Below, in pieces: positions 53,984-63,387 of a stretch of DNA of 64,000 nt. Origin of the DNA: Thermodesulfobacteriota bacterium (GTDB lineage Bacteria > Desulfobacterota_D > UBA1144 > Nemesobacterales > UBA2774); NCBI GenBank assembly GCA_965216785.1, contig OZ244197.1, positions 1,888,001-1,952,000 of the forward strand. The letters are read 5' to 3'. Made by a program: the position numbers and the translations under genes. Positions within the stretch are counted from its first letter, which is position 1; each line of letters opens with the position of its first letter. The notes under the pieces were generated by a model. It saw only the letters and a program-made list of their open reading frames with translations, ran no database searches and was not told the DNA's origin.

Positions 53984-54074
53984 GTTATGTCTTTTATAAT
54001 CATTGCTTTTATTTTCAATATTGCTATAATGCTGTTTAAGTACTGTTTTTAAATCTGCATGAGGAGGAAACAAG

Positions 54075-55031
54075 ATGAGGAACTTACTTGTATTAACTAT
54101 ATTCGCGGTATCTTTAGGCTTTTTCTTTACCCCTGCGTCACAAGCAGGAATTGCTCTACCGCCGCTCTGGCAGGACAACTTCGGCGATGAGCTTGAAGAC
54201 GTTTCAGACTGTGACGACTGCGAGGAGATGATTACGCTACCCATCCCGTTCCCGTTTAACGGCAACACCTACAATACGGCGTATGTGGGTTCGAACGGCT
54301 GTATACAGTTTGACGGCCTGGGCCTGGACGATGAAATAGACTATGACCACTGGAATTATATGGAAGAATTTTTGGCCGACTCAGACCCCGACAACCCCGA
54401 GATTTGTCCTTTCAATACCGACCTTGACACTGAAGAGGGCGGCACGGTTTATTATAACAACTCAAGTAACCCATTAATAATAACCTGGGACGGAGTTGCC
54501 GCTCATAACGATACCGATATTATTAATACATTCCAGATACTTTTATACCTAGACGGAAGTATAGTGCTCAGCTTCAACGGTATCGGAGTAGGTGAAGATT
54601 TATTAGATCTCGATGGAGGCATAGTAGTCGGCGTTACACCAAGCGACTTCCCGTTTGACGGCGAGCTTTTCGTTCCGGGCGACCCGGGCCCCAATGATCT
54701 AAATTCAGGTACAGCGGCTTACAACCGGGCCACAATCTACGAGCGCTGGTGCTATGATGAGGCCAACTCGTGCGGAGTCGAGGGAAGTGACACCGGACTT
54801 CCCGGGCCTATTAACACAGCGTTTGACCTGGACTTTCAGAGCGTTTGCTTTGCTCCTATAGGAGCGGGATTTCAAGTATCGAGCGCCGGAGAGGAAAACC
54901 CGGCCTTTGTTTGCGCGGCGATGTTGGTAAGGCCGATACCGACGCTTTCAGAGTGGGGACTGATCGCTATGGCCGGAGTATTGGGCATAGTTGGGTTGTT
55001 GGTTCTCAGAAGAAGAAATGTGACGGCTTAA
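54075..55031 (+). CDS. IPTL-CTERM surface protein (acidic, nidogen-like segment)
   Basis: 'LPIPFPFNG...YVGSNG' and 'RPIPTLSEWGLIAMAGVLG'. Confidence 0.87.
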   Translation: MRNLLVLTIFAVSLGFFFTPASQAGIALPPLWQDNFGDELEDVSDCDDCEEMITLPIPFPFNGNTYNTAYVGSNGCIQFDGLGLDDEIDYDHWNYMEEFLADSDPDNPEICPFNTDLDTEEGGTVYYNNSSNPLIITWDGVAAHNDTDIINTFQILLYLDGSIVLSFNGIGVGEDLLDLDGGIVVGVTPSDFPFDGELFVPGDPGPNDLNSGTAAYNRATIYERWCYDEANSCGVEGSDTGLPGPINTAFDLDFQSVCFAPIGAGFQVSSAGEENPAFVCAAMLVRPIPTLSEWGLIAMAGVLGIVGLLVLRRRNVTA

Positions 55032-55059
55032 TCCAAGCCTGAATACAAATAAAATAAAT

Positions 55060-55090
55060 AAAAAAGGGAGCTTCGGCTCCCTTTTTTTTT
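55060..55090 (+). terminator. Terminator, copy 4
   Basis: aaaaaagggagcttcggctccc followed by T9. Confidence 0.88.
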
Positions 55091-55221
55091 GTGTCATTTT
55101 TCTGCTCCCGTATGAAGTTAATGTAAAGAAATCCTTGCATTTTTCGTAGAGTTATTTTAAATTGTCTATGGTATTTTTTTATGTAATCTATACCCATTAA
55201 GGAACACTCGGAGGCTTAACC

Positions 55222-56661
55222 ATGGCTAAGAAGGCGACCAAGAAAAAATCAAACGGAAAAGCGAACGGAAAAGGAAACGGCAAGGGCAAGAAGATGCAGG
55301 AGCTTAGCGAGAGGTATCAGGCGGCTCTTGACTACCCACTGTTCGACTCTATTTTCAACAGACGCTCGCGCCGCTTCGGGCTCGGGATGAAGCTCGAGGA
55401 CGAGGACCTCGGGTTTGAGTCAAAGTACGACCCGGTGCCTCTTGAGGAAATGGAGGAAGCCCTTATAGCTTGGTCGGGCACGGGGCTCACAGGGCTCTGC
55501 CTGGCTGACCTTCCGCCGGAGACTGGTATTGATCTCCTATGTCAGTGGACAGGGCGCACATGGCCTTCCGCGTGCAACAACCACGGCACAGAGCTGTTCT
55601 TCACAAACGACGAGGGTCTTTACCACGTTGACGTAAAGCACATGCTGCCCAAGCACCATGAGCTGGATATGTTCTTTAAGATGGACCGTGAGGACAGGAT
55701 CGCGCGCCTTATGGAGCTATACCGTGAGAGCCTCGTAAAGCTTGAGGACGGAAGGGCCGATCTGCCGGACCGTATGCCGGGGCTGTTCAACTTTAACGAA
55801 TGGAACACCAATAAGCCCGGCACTTCAGTGTATATCCCCGTGACGGATATTACTGAGGAGTATCTAAACCTACTACATCTATACTGCAGCAATACATATG
55901 GCTTTACTATAATCGACGACCTTACGGGTAAGCCAGCGGGTATTAGCAAATGGATTAAGAAGGGCAGGCTTAAAGACAGCGTCAAGATGTCTCTCTTTGA
56001 CCTTGAGGTCAGGATCCTCACGGGTCTTAACGTCGAGCAGGCTTTTATCTGCCAGAACATGAGCCTTGCGCTCCAGCCGCTGGGGCTTGCCGGGTGGACG
56101 TTCAGCGGGTTTATTCCCCGCTTCGCACTGGGCGCCGCTCCCGATCTGTTTAAGGGGCTAGGGTTCAGGTTTATACAGCCAAAGAAAGGAGCCATCGATC
56201 CGCCGGCGACGATCCCCGTGGGCAGGGACGGCGTGTTTGAGGCATACGCCCCGCCGTACTATAAGAACATGGACGAGGCCATTGACGCATTCCACGAGCA
56301 CAAGAACGCCGCTTGGGAGCCGGATAAACCCTTCCCATACAAAGAGCCGGATAAGCTATTGATGAGAGCCCCCAAGCCGACTGAGACCACTAAGCAGATT
56401 GTTAAAGACGTGGCCAATTACATTTACGACACATACGGGCGTTTTCCGGCATTCGTTGACCCGATGTATATGCGCCTTGTGTTTCAGGCAATGAACATTG
56501 ACGTCGAGTTTTATGACGAGCACTACCCTAAAGGCTCCTATTCGGAAATGCACCTGAACCGCTTCCTCGATCATCATCCCGAGGCAGCCGGAAAGGCGGG
56601 GGCAAAAGTGGGCAAAAAAACTGCGACAAAAACAGCGGCTAAAAGAAAGATGAAAGCTTAA
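55222..56661 (+). CDS. Hypothetical protein with possible nitroreductase/SagB-like fold and Lys-rich termini
   Basis: 'RRSRRF', 'GRTWPSA' and 'QNMSLALQPLGLAGW' resemble nitroreductase-fold motifs. Confidence 0.6.
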   Translation: MAKKATKKKSNGKANGKGNGKGKKMQELSERYQAALDYPLFDSIFNRRSRRFGLGMKLEDEDLGFESKYDPVPLEEMEEALIAWSGTGLTGLCLADLPPETGIDLLCQWTGRTWPSACNNHGTELFFTNDEGLYHVDVKHMLPKHHELDMFFKMDREDRIARLMELYRESLVKLEDGRADLPDRMPGLFNFNEWNTNKPGTSVYIPVTDITEEYLNLLHLYCSNTYGFTIIDDLTGKPAGISKWIKKGRLKDSVKMSLFDLEVRILTGLNVEQAFICQNMSLALQPLGLAGWTFSGFIPRFALGAAPDLFKGLGFRFIQPKKGAIDPPATIPVGRDGVFEAYAPPYYKNMDEAIDAFHEHKNAAWEPDKPFPYKEPDKLLMRAPKPTETTKQIVKDVANYIYDTYGRFPAFVDPMYMRLVFQAMNIDVEFYDEHYPKGSYSEMHLNRFLDHHPEAAGKAGAKVGKKTATKTAAKRKMKA

Positions 56662-56745
56662 CTTGCCCGTATGGGAGTTCGGCAGTACTATTAGCCACAA
56701 GAGCGGTTTTTTGGATGGAAAGCAAGAATAATTAACTCTAAACAC

Positions 56746-56774
56746 TTGACAACTATTAAGAAATTATCTAAAGT
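56746..56774 (+). promoter_or_regulatory. sigma70 promoter for ihfB
   Basis: TTGACA-N17-TAAAGT. Confidence 0.55.
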
Positions 56775-56819
56775 GGAGATGGGTCAGAATTATATTACAA
56801 ACTCGGATGGGGGTTAACC

Positions 56820-57107
56820 ATGAAACGTTCAGACATTGAAAAAGAGCTCGCAGACAGATTTAATTTACAACCTTCTCAGTCCGAGCAGATATTGGATACG
56901 ATTATCGAGCACATGACCGAAGTGCTTGAGGACGGCGGCAGGATTGAGATTAGAGGGTTCGGGAGTTTCTTTACCAAGAGTTACGGATCTTACGAGGGAC
57001 GCAACCCTAGGACCGGCGAGCGCGTTACCGTTTCTGAGAAAAAGCTGCCACATTTCAGACCGAGTAGAGAGCTGATCGGAAAGCTAAACGGCGAAGAAGG
57101 CTCTTAA
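56820..57107 (+). CDS. ihfB: Integration host factor beta / HU family protein
   Basis: 'IEIRGFGSF', 'GRNPRTGE' and 'PHFRPSREL'. Confidence 0.85.
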   Translation: MKRSDIEKELADRFNLQPSQSEQILDTIIEHMTEVLEDGGRIEIRGFGSFFTKSYGSYEGRNPRTGERVTVSEKKLPHFRPSRELIGKLNGEEGS

Positions 57108-57252
57108 CCAAAGCTTATCTGAATTATTCCCCCCCCCCCGCGTATTCCAGGCACTTTATATTATTCCTGCAAGTATCGCACTACTACGCTCACCTTCTTA
57201 ATTCTATTCCTACGGGCATCGCTGTGAAGCGCTCGCCTCTGCCCCCCCCCAA

Positions 57253-57280
57253 TTGACAATTAAGAGTGTTTAGATAGCAT
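57253..57280 (+). promoter_or_regulatory. sigma70 promoter for def, ending 7 nt before the ATG
   Basis: TTGACA-N16-TAGCAT. Confidence 0.5.
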
Positions 57281-57287
57281 TTTTTAT

Positions 57288-57860
57288 ATGGCGCTTCGTA
57301 AGATTTTATTATATCCGGACAGTTTTCTTAGAAAAAAATGCAAGCCCGTCGAGGAGATCGACGGAGAGCTGCTGGAGCTCCTGGACGATATGGCCGATAC
57401 CATGTACGCCGCCCCGGGCGTAGGGCTTGCGGCTCCCCAAGTAGGGGTCGATAAAAGAATTATCGTAGTCGATGTTGTCCCGAGTGTAGAGAGGGACCCT
57501 GAAGAGGGGGAAGAAGGGGAAGAGGAAGAGTACGACAGGCGGGGGCTTATAGAGCTTATTAACCCCGAGATCGTTTTCTCTGAAGGGGAGATCATCGGCG
57601 AGGAGGGGTGCCTGAGCATCCCCGGGTTTCTGAGCGATGTGAAGCGCAAGGGGGTTGTTACCGTCGAGGGATATAACCGTGAAGGAGAGCCGGTCGCGTA
57701 TGAAGCGCAGGAGCTTCTCTCACGTGTTTTCCAGCACGAGATCGATCACCTGGACGGAGTGCTGTTCATAGACAGGCTCGGAAGGCTCAAGCGCGAGCTG
57801 TTGCTGAGGAAAATAGAGAAGACGCTTGGAAAAGAGCAAAAGAAGTATGCTGTGTTATGA
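57288..57860 (+). CDS. def: Peptide deformylase with an acidic insertion
   Basis: 'GVGLAAPQVG', 'EGCLS' and 'QHEIDHLDG'. Confidence 0.95.
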   Translation: MALRKILLYPDSFLRKKCKPVEEIDGELLELLDDMADTMYAAPGVGLAAPQVGVDKRIIVVDVVPSVERDPEEGEEGEEEEYDRRGLIELINPEIVFSEGEIIGEEGCLSIPGFLSDVKRKGVVTVEGYNREGEPVAYEAQELLSRVFQHEIDHLDGVLFIDRLGRLKRELLLRKIEKTLGKEQKKYAVL

Positions 57861-57885
57861 TTCCTCACCGGCGCCAAGATAGTAA

Positions 57886-57921
57886 GAGATTGCCGCGCTC
57901 GCTTTGCTCTCTCGCAATGAC
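57886..57921. repeat. REP-like palindromic element
   Basis: gagattgccgcgctcgctttgctctctcgcaatgac, related to the copy at 34527. Confidence 0.55.
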
Positions 57922-57986
57922 TTAGTTCATTTAGGTTAATCTATTTATCTAGACAACACTATTCTTTACACATAGAATTAACCCCC

Positions 57987-59141
57987 ATGCCGTCAAAGCT
58001 TTCAGAAGAGCTGTCCCCGTTTTACGTGATGGAAGTGCTCGAGCGGGCTCAGGAGATCGAGTCCGGTGGAGATAGGGTTATACACTTTGAGGTCGGGGAG
58101 CCGGACTTTCCAACGCCTGCCTCCGTCACGGAGGAAGCGCTCCGTGCGATGACGGAGGGCGATACGAAGTACACCCACAGCCTCGGGGTCTTTGAGCTTC
58201 GTGATGCTATCGCCGAGGATTACCTGGCTACCTACGGTATAGAGATATCACCCGAGCGCGTGGTGGTGACAATGGGCAGCTCGCCCGCGCTGCTGGTATC
58301 GATGCTCTCTATCATAGAGCCCGGAGAGGAGATAATTATCACAGATCCTCACTACGCATGTTATCCCCAGATTATTAAAGTCGCAGGCGGCGTGCCCAAG
58401 CGCGTTCCTATATTTGAGGATGAGGGGTTTCAGATAGATACGGGAAGGCTTAAGGACGCTATTAGCTCAAACGCGAAGACGGTACTCATTAACTCCCCGG
58501 CAAATCCAACGGGGGCGGTGCTGAGCGCTGATGTAATGCAAAAGATAGCGGAGCTTGGAATATTTGTAATTTCCGACGAGATTTATCACGGGCTTAATTA
58601 CAGTACAAAGGCAAACACAATATACGAGTTCACCGAGAACGCTTTTGTAGTAAACGGGTTTTCGAAATACTATTCCATGACTGGCTGGCGGCTCGGGTAT
58701 CTGATTGTGCCTACAGAGTACGTCCGGCCCGTGCAGAAGCTTCAGCAGAACCTTTTCATCTCGGCAAACCCTTTTGTGCAGAGGGGCGGGATCGCGGCGC
58801 TTAAAAGCGCGAAGAAGGATGCCCGGGATATGGTCACTGAGTTTGATCTCAGGAGAAAGAAGATGATAGAGGGCGTGAGGGAGCTTGGGTTTGAGCTTGC
58901 CCACGAGCCCAAAGGGGCGTTTTACGTATTCGTAAACGCGTCCCGGCTGAATGCCGATTCGCGCGAGCTTGCGTTCGACATACTGGAGAAAGCGCATGTG
59001 GCTGTAACGCCGGGCATCGACTTTGGCTCCGGAGGGGAGGGGTATCTGAGGTTTTCCTACGCGGTTTCACTTGAGGACATTGGAGAGGGGATAAACCGGC
59101 TGGCGAAATACATAAACCAAATAAAGGGCGGACGGAAATGA
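57987..59141 (+). CDS. PLP-dependent aminotransferase class I/II
   Basis: 'GEPDF', 'NSPANPTG', 'SDEIY' and 'GFSKYYSMTGWRLG'. Confidence 0.92.
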   Translation: MPSKLSEELSPFYVMEVLERAQEIESGGDRVIHFEVGEPDFPTPASVTEEALRAMTEGDTKYTHSLGVFELRDAIAEDYLATYGIEISPERVVVTMGSSPALLVSMLSIIEPGEEIIITDPHYACYPQIIKVAGGVPKRVPIFEDEGFQIDTGRLKDAISSNAKTVLINSPANPTGAVLSADVMQKIAELGIFVISDEIYHGLNYSTKANTIYEFTENAFVVNGFSKYYSMTGWRLGYLIVPTEYVRPVQKLQQNLFISANPFVQRGGIAALKSAKKDARDMVTEFDLRRKKMIEGVRELGFELAHEPKGAFYVFVNASRLNADSRELAFDILEKAHVAVTPGIDFGSGGEGYLRFSYAVSLEDIGEGINRLAKYINQIKGGRK

Positions 59142-60349
59142 TCCCGGCGATTAACGAAATAGATATAGTAGAGAAGAGGGTGTTTATCAGGGCAGACCTG
59201 GACGTGTCTTTAACACCTGAGGGGGAAGTTGCCGACGACTCGAAAATTTTTCGCGCCCTGCGTACTGTGCGCTACGCGATAGGACAAAAAGCTAAAGTTA
59301 TATTGGGATCAAATTTTGGCAGACCGGGAGGTAAGCTGGACCATCGCTACTCTCTTGAAACTGTGGGCAGCAGGATCTCCGAAATGCTGAACTGCCGCAT
59401 TTATTTCACAGAGAACTCAGTAGGAAACGCGGTTAAAAAAGTAGTGAGTGACATGCTCCCCGGCGAGGTCATGCTGCTTGAGAATTTGGATTTTCATAAA
59501 CAAGAGCTTTCCTCCGGCTCTGAGTACGCCAAGGCTCTTTCAGAGACGGCGGACGTTTATGTGAACGACGCGTTCTCTGTATCAAACCAGAATAGAGCTT
59601 CTATGACCGCTATGCCGGAGTTCTTTGATAATGTCTCGATGGGGCTTGAGTTCAAGCGCGAGCTTGAGGGCTTAGAGGCAGTACGGAAACCTGAGCAGCC
59701 TTTTGTTGCAGTCCTCGGGGGGTCGAGAGTGAGCCGTAAGATCGGGTTTATGGAATCTATAATAGACAGAGTCAATACGTTTTTAATCGGCGGGGCGCTG
59801 GCCAACACTTTTTTAAATGCCAAGGGCATCGGCACCGGGAAGTCACGGATTGACCGGGCTTCAATATACCGGGCGAAGAAGCTCATATCGAGCGCGGCTA
59901 GCAGGAATATAGAGTTAATTCTGCCCGGTGATGTGATTGTGGCGGAAGGGAATTTGAGAAATCACGGTACTTGCTATATAATTTCACGCGAATCGATTCC
60001 GGGAGATTCTGAGATTATGGATATCGGCCCCGGAACTGTTAAGGAATTCAAAGCCCGACTCGAGGGCGCAGGTACTGTGCTCTGGAACGGGCCTCTGGGC
60101 GTTATTGAAAAGCCCGAATTTGTGAAAGGCTCAAGTGAAATTGCAGGAGCGCTCGGTGGTTCGGGCTCATTTACGGCTGCCCTGGGTGCTCACACTGCAG
60201 GTATATTAAACACTCTGGGAATTGAAGAGGGTAGCAGCGGGAGCAAAGAAAGCATAGATTTTATATCCTACGGCGGCGAGGCCTCGTTTGAGTATTTAGA
60301 GAGCGGGACGCTCCCGGCAATTACAGCATTAGAGAAGCGGATACGATGA
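59138..60349 (+). CDS. pgk: Phosphoglycerate kinase homologue with degenerate 3-PG-binding residues
   Basis: Full-length PGK layout ('KRVFIRAD', 'GRP', 'LLEN', 'YVNDAF', 'DIGP', 'WNGPLG') directly upstream of tpiA. Confidence 0.8.
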   Translation: MIPAINEIDIVEKRVFIRADLDVSLTPEGEVADDSKIFRALRTVRYAIGQKAKVILGSNFGRPGGKLDHRYSLETVGSRISEMLNCRIYFTENSVGNAVKKVVSDMLPGEVMLLENLDFHKQELSSGSEYAKALSETADVYVNDAFSVSNQNRASMTAMPEFFDNVSMGLEFKRELEGLEAVRKPEQPFVAVLGGSRVSRKIGFMESIIDRVNTFLIGGALANTFLNAKGIGTGKSRIDRASIYRAKKLISSAASRNIELILPGDVIVAEGNLRNHGTCYIISRESIPGDSEIMDIGPGTVKEFKARLEGAGTVLWNGPLGVIEKPEFVKGSSEIAGALGGSGSFTAALGAHTAGILNTLGIEEGSSGSKESIDFISYGGEASFEYLESGTLPAITALEKRIR

Positions 60350-61104
60350 GAAAACCATTAATTGCGGCTAACTGGAAAATGAATATGCTCCGCTGGGAGG
60401 CGGAGGAACTGGCACGCTCTTTCCTTGAGAAAGTGCCCGACCTGACGGCATATACGGACGTTGTGCTGGTCCCCCCATATACCGTGCTTGATGTAGTAAG
60501 AGGGATTATTGACGGAACGCATGTTAAGCTCGGAGCGCAGAATGTTTTTTGGGAAGAGAGAGGGGCGTTCACGGGAGAGATATCCCCGGGCATGCTAAAA
60601 GACTCGGGATGTGAATGGGTAATTGTTGGGCACTCTGAGCGAAGGCACGTGCTCGGAGAGACAGACGATATGGTGAAGAAAAAGGCTCGGGCTGCGCTTG
60701 AGTACGGGCTTAATGTCATAGTCTGCGTCGGAGAGACTCTTGAAGAGCGTGAGAGCGGTAAACATATAAAGATTATCACAGGGCAGGTGGAAATTGCCCT
60801 TTCAGATCTTGAGCTTGAAACCCCTCATAGTCTCGTGATTGCGTATGAGCCTGTGTGGGCGATCGGGACGGGAAAACACGCTACTCCGGACGAGGCAAAT
60901 GATGTACAGGGTACAATTCGTGAAATAACAGGTAATATATACGGTGATAAGGCCGAAGACGTCAGGATCATATATGGCGGAAGTGTAACCCCCGATAACA
61001 TTAAAGAGCTAATCGGAGAGTCCCATATAGACGGCGCCCTCGTAGGCGGCGCGGGTCTTAAAGCCGAGTCATTGGCAAAAATAGTGCAAATTGCAGGAGA
61101 GTAA
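60346..61104 (+). CDS. tpiA: Triosephosphate isomerase
   Basis: 'NWKMN', 'GHSERR', 'AYEPVWAIGTG' and 'YGGSV'. Confidence 0.96.
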   Translation: MRKPLIAANWKMNMLRWEAEELARSFLEKVPDLTAYTDVVLVPPYTVLDVVRGIIDGTHVKLGAQNVFWEERGAFTGEISPGMLKDSGCEWVIVGHSERRHVLGETDDMVKKKARAALEYGLNVIVCVGETLEERESGKHIKIITGQVEIALSDLELETPHSLVIAYEPVWAIGTGKHATPDEANDVQGTIREITGNIYGDKAEDVRIIYGGSVTPDNIKELIGESHIDGALVGGAGLKAESLAKIVQIAGE

Positions 61105-61110
61105 AGAAAA

Positions 61111-61611
61111 GTGGAACTATTAACACATGCGGTACAGATTATACAGGTAGTTGTCAGCATATTACTAATATTAGTGGTGCTTCTTCAGCCCGGAAAGAGC
61201 GGTGACCTGGGGTCGATTTTCGGAGGCGGTACCAGTGAGAGCGTATTCGGCGCGGCAGGCGCCGTGCCTTTTTTGGAGAAGCTAACGAGAGGGCTCGCGG
61301 TGCTGTTTATGGTTTCGTCCCTGGCGCTTGGGTTTTTTGCCGCCAAGGGAGGGACAAAATCGGTGATCACCGATGTGGCTCCTACAGCAGTAGAGCAGAC
61401 TATTCCCGATACCACGGCGACAACAGGGGATGAGGCCTTGGTTCCGGCGGATGAAAGTACGGATGCTACAGCTACAGAGCCGGCCGAGAACGCGGCGGCT
61501 ACAGACGGTGAGCCCGAGGCAACCGCGCCTGAGGCTCAAGATACAGCTGAATCACCGCCCGCAGAAGGCGGGGATGAAACCGCTCCTGAAGCTCAGGAAA
61601 CAACTCAGTAA
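61111..61611 (+). CDS. secG: Preprotein translocase SecG with a long acidic tail
   Basis: 'LVVLLQPGKSGDLGSIFGGG...FG...FLEKLT'; tpiA-secG synteny. Confidence 0.9.
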   Translation: MELLTHAVQIIQVVVSILLILVVLLQPGKSGDLGSIFGGGTSESVFGAAGAVPFLEKLTRGLAVLFMVSSLALGFFAAKGGTKSVITDVAPTAVEQTIPDTTATTGDEALVPADESTDATATEPAENAAATDGEPEATAPEAQDTAESPPAEGGDETAPEAQETTQ

Positions 61612-61731
61612 GACTCAATATAGGAGTATTATTTTAGGATTTGGCTCATAGCAGGCGCTAGAGCTTCTTTTGCCTTGCGCGCTATTGGAGCATTAAGTAT
61701 ATTAACATCAATACTTTTTGGAGGTTTTTAA

Positions 61732-61998
61732 ATGGCTTATATTATTGCTGAACCGTGTCTGGAAGTTAAAGATAAAGCTTGCGTAGAAGCGTGTCCCGTA
61801 GACTGCATATATGAGGGTGATAAGATGCTCTACATACACCCCGAAGAATGTATCGACTGCGGAGCCTGTGTAGACCCGTGTCCGGTGGATGCCATTTATC
61901 ATGAAGACGAGCTTCCAGAGAAGTGGAACGATTATATCGCTATAAACGCGGACTTCTTTGAAGGTAAAGAGGGGCTTGAGCCCGCTCGTAAGGATTGA
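61732..61998 (+). CDS. 7Fe-type (3Fe-4S/4Fe-4S) ferredoxin
   Basis: '[16 protein letters not shown]' and '[13 protein letters not shown]'. Confidence 0.92.
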   Translation: MAYIIAEPCLEVKDKACVEACPVDCIYEGDKMLYIHPEECIDCGACVDPCPVDAIYHEDELPEKWNDYIAINADFFEGKEGLEPARKD

Positions 61999-62038
61999 CT
62001 CTAAGTCAGTCAGAAAGTTTTAAAATAGAAAATTACCT

Positions 62039-62072
62039 AAGGGGATGCGCCGAGTGTGCATCCCCTTTTTTT
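62039..62072 (+). terminator. Intrinsic terminator after the ferredoxin gene
   Basis: ggggatgc...gcatcccc followed by T7. Confidence 0.8.
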
Positions 62073-62134
62073 ATGTTTTCACAAGGTAGTTTAAAATATA
62101 TGCACCTTATTTCTAAAGGTTTGGTGATGAATTC

Positions 62135-62219
62135 ACCCCCACCTTTAATCCTCCCCCGTGAAGGGGGAGGGTAAAAAAGATTTCTTCCCCCCAGCGCGGG
62201 GGAAGGTTAGGATGGGGGG
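62135..62219. repeat. Pair of inverted REP-like GC-rich palindromes
   Basis: cccccacctttaatcctcccccgtgaagggggag and, on the minus strand, cccccatcctaaccttccccccgcgctgggggaag. Confidence 0.55.
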
Positions 62220-62244
62220 ATAGAATAAAGAGGACTAGCAGCTC

Positions 62245-62916
62245 TTGAACAAAAAGACGCCGATAAAAAAATCCGAGTCTCAGAAAGCTAAGAAAGAGAG
62301 GGCGCAGGAGATTGTCTCCATCCTGAAAGAAGAGTATCCAAACGCCCGCTGTCATTTGAATTACGAGAGCGCGCTCGAGCTTCTGATAGGGTGCATACTC
62401 TCTGCCCAGTGTACGGATAAGATGGTAAATTCAGTTACTCCCGCGCTTTTTGAGAAGTACCCCACTGCTGCCCATTTCTCGCGGGCGGACCGCCTGGAGC
62501 TTGAAGACGAGATACACTCATGCGGGTTTTACCGGGCCAAGGCAAAGTCCATTATAGGCTGCACTACAGCGCTTGCCGAGGACCACGACGGCGTGGTGCC
62601 GAAAACCATGGACAAGCTGACAAAGCTTGCCGGAGTGGGAAGGAAGACGGCAAACGTCGTTTTAGGGAATTACTACGGAGTCCCGGGCATCATTGTCGAT
62701 ACGCACATTAAGAGACTCTCTAACAGGCTTGATCTCACGAAAAATTCCGACCCGACAAAGATAGAATATGACCTTCAAAAGCTCATACCAGAGCAGAAGT
62801 GGACTTTCTTCTCTAACTCTCTTGGAGACCACGGTCGCACTGTTTGCTTCGCAAGAAAGCCAAAGTGCGGGGAATGTGCTCTCAGCCACCTGTGCCCTTC
62901 GGCGGGGAAGGTGTGA
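62245..62916 (+). CDS. nth: Endonuclease III
   Basis: 'LSAQCTD', HhH 'LAGVGRKTANV', 'VDTH' and C-X6-C-X2-C-X5-C. Confidence 0.95.
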   Translation: MNKKTPIKKSESQKAKKERAQEIVSILKEEYPNARCHLNYESALELLIGCILSAQCTDKMVNSVTPALFEKYPTAAHFSRADRLELEDEIHSCGFYRAKAKSIIGCTTALAEDHDGVVPKTMDKLTKLAGVGRKTANVVLGNYYGVPGIIVDTHIKRLSNRLDLTKNSDPTKIEYDLQKLIPEQKWTFFSNSLGDHGRTVCFARKPKCGECALSHLCPSAGKV

Positions 62917-62990
62917 AGAATTTATCCAAGCTTGCCATTTTGCAAGTAATCTGTGTAATATCATTCAGTGAGTAAACATGGAGGTAGGTA

Positions 62991-63344
62991 ATGTCCGAAG
63001 CGATAATGAAGCACCATTTGGACGCGTTCGGGAAGCGTGATGTTGAAGAGATTCTTAAGGACTACACGGAGGATTCGACCATAATTACCCCTGACGCCGT
63101 AATAAAGGGACTCGATGCTATAAGAATGCAGTACGAGATTGTTACTAAGACCCTGCTGCCTGCGGGTGCCGAGTTTGTGGTTACAAAAAATGTAGCGGAT
63201 GACAACGTGGGGTATCTGATCTGGCACGCTGAGTCCGAATATTTTAAAGTCCCTTTCGCAACCGATACATTTGTCTTCGAGGGCGGGAAGATAAAAACCC
63301 ATACTATTGCTTTTGTAATGGAAGGAAAGCACCATGCCGACTGA
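62991..63344 (+). CDS. SnoaL/NTF2-like protein
   Basis: 'HHLDAF...DVEEILKDYTEDS' and 'DTFVFEGGKIKTHT'. Confidence 0.75.
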   Translation: MSEAIMKHHLDAFGKRDVEEILKDYTEDSTIITPDAVIKGLDAIRMQYEIVTKTLLPAGAEFVVTKNVADDNVGYLIWHAESEYFKVPFATDTFVFEGGKIKTHTIAFVMEGKHHAD

Positions 63345-63387
63345 ACGCTCTGGTAAGCCTCTCCCGCTGAGCAGCTTCTAGCTGGAA

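Noticed and set aside
50947-55090. CRISPR array or integron attC cassettes from the repeated hairpins
   Set aside because: Spacing is about 1-2 kb with whole genes between, the hairpins are UUCG-loop terminators without GTTRRRY boxes, and no cas or integrase gene is present.
57129-57250. Poly-C tracts as phase-variation sites
   Set aside because: They are intergenic and outside the predicted def promoter spacer, and a single sequence gives no evidence of length variation.
61612-61731. tRNA-Leu often found after secG
   Set aside because: No cloverleaf, T-loop GTTCRA or CCA end is recognisable.
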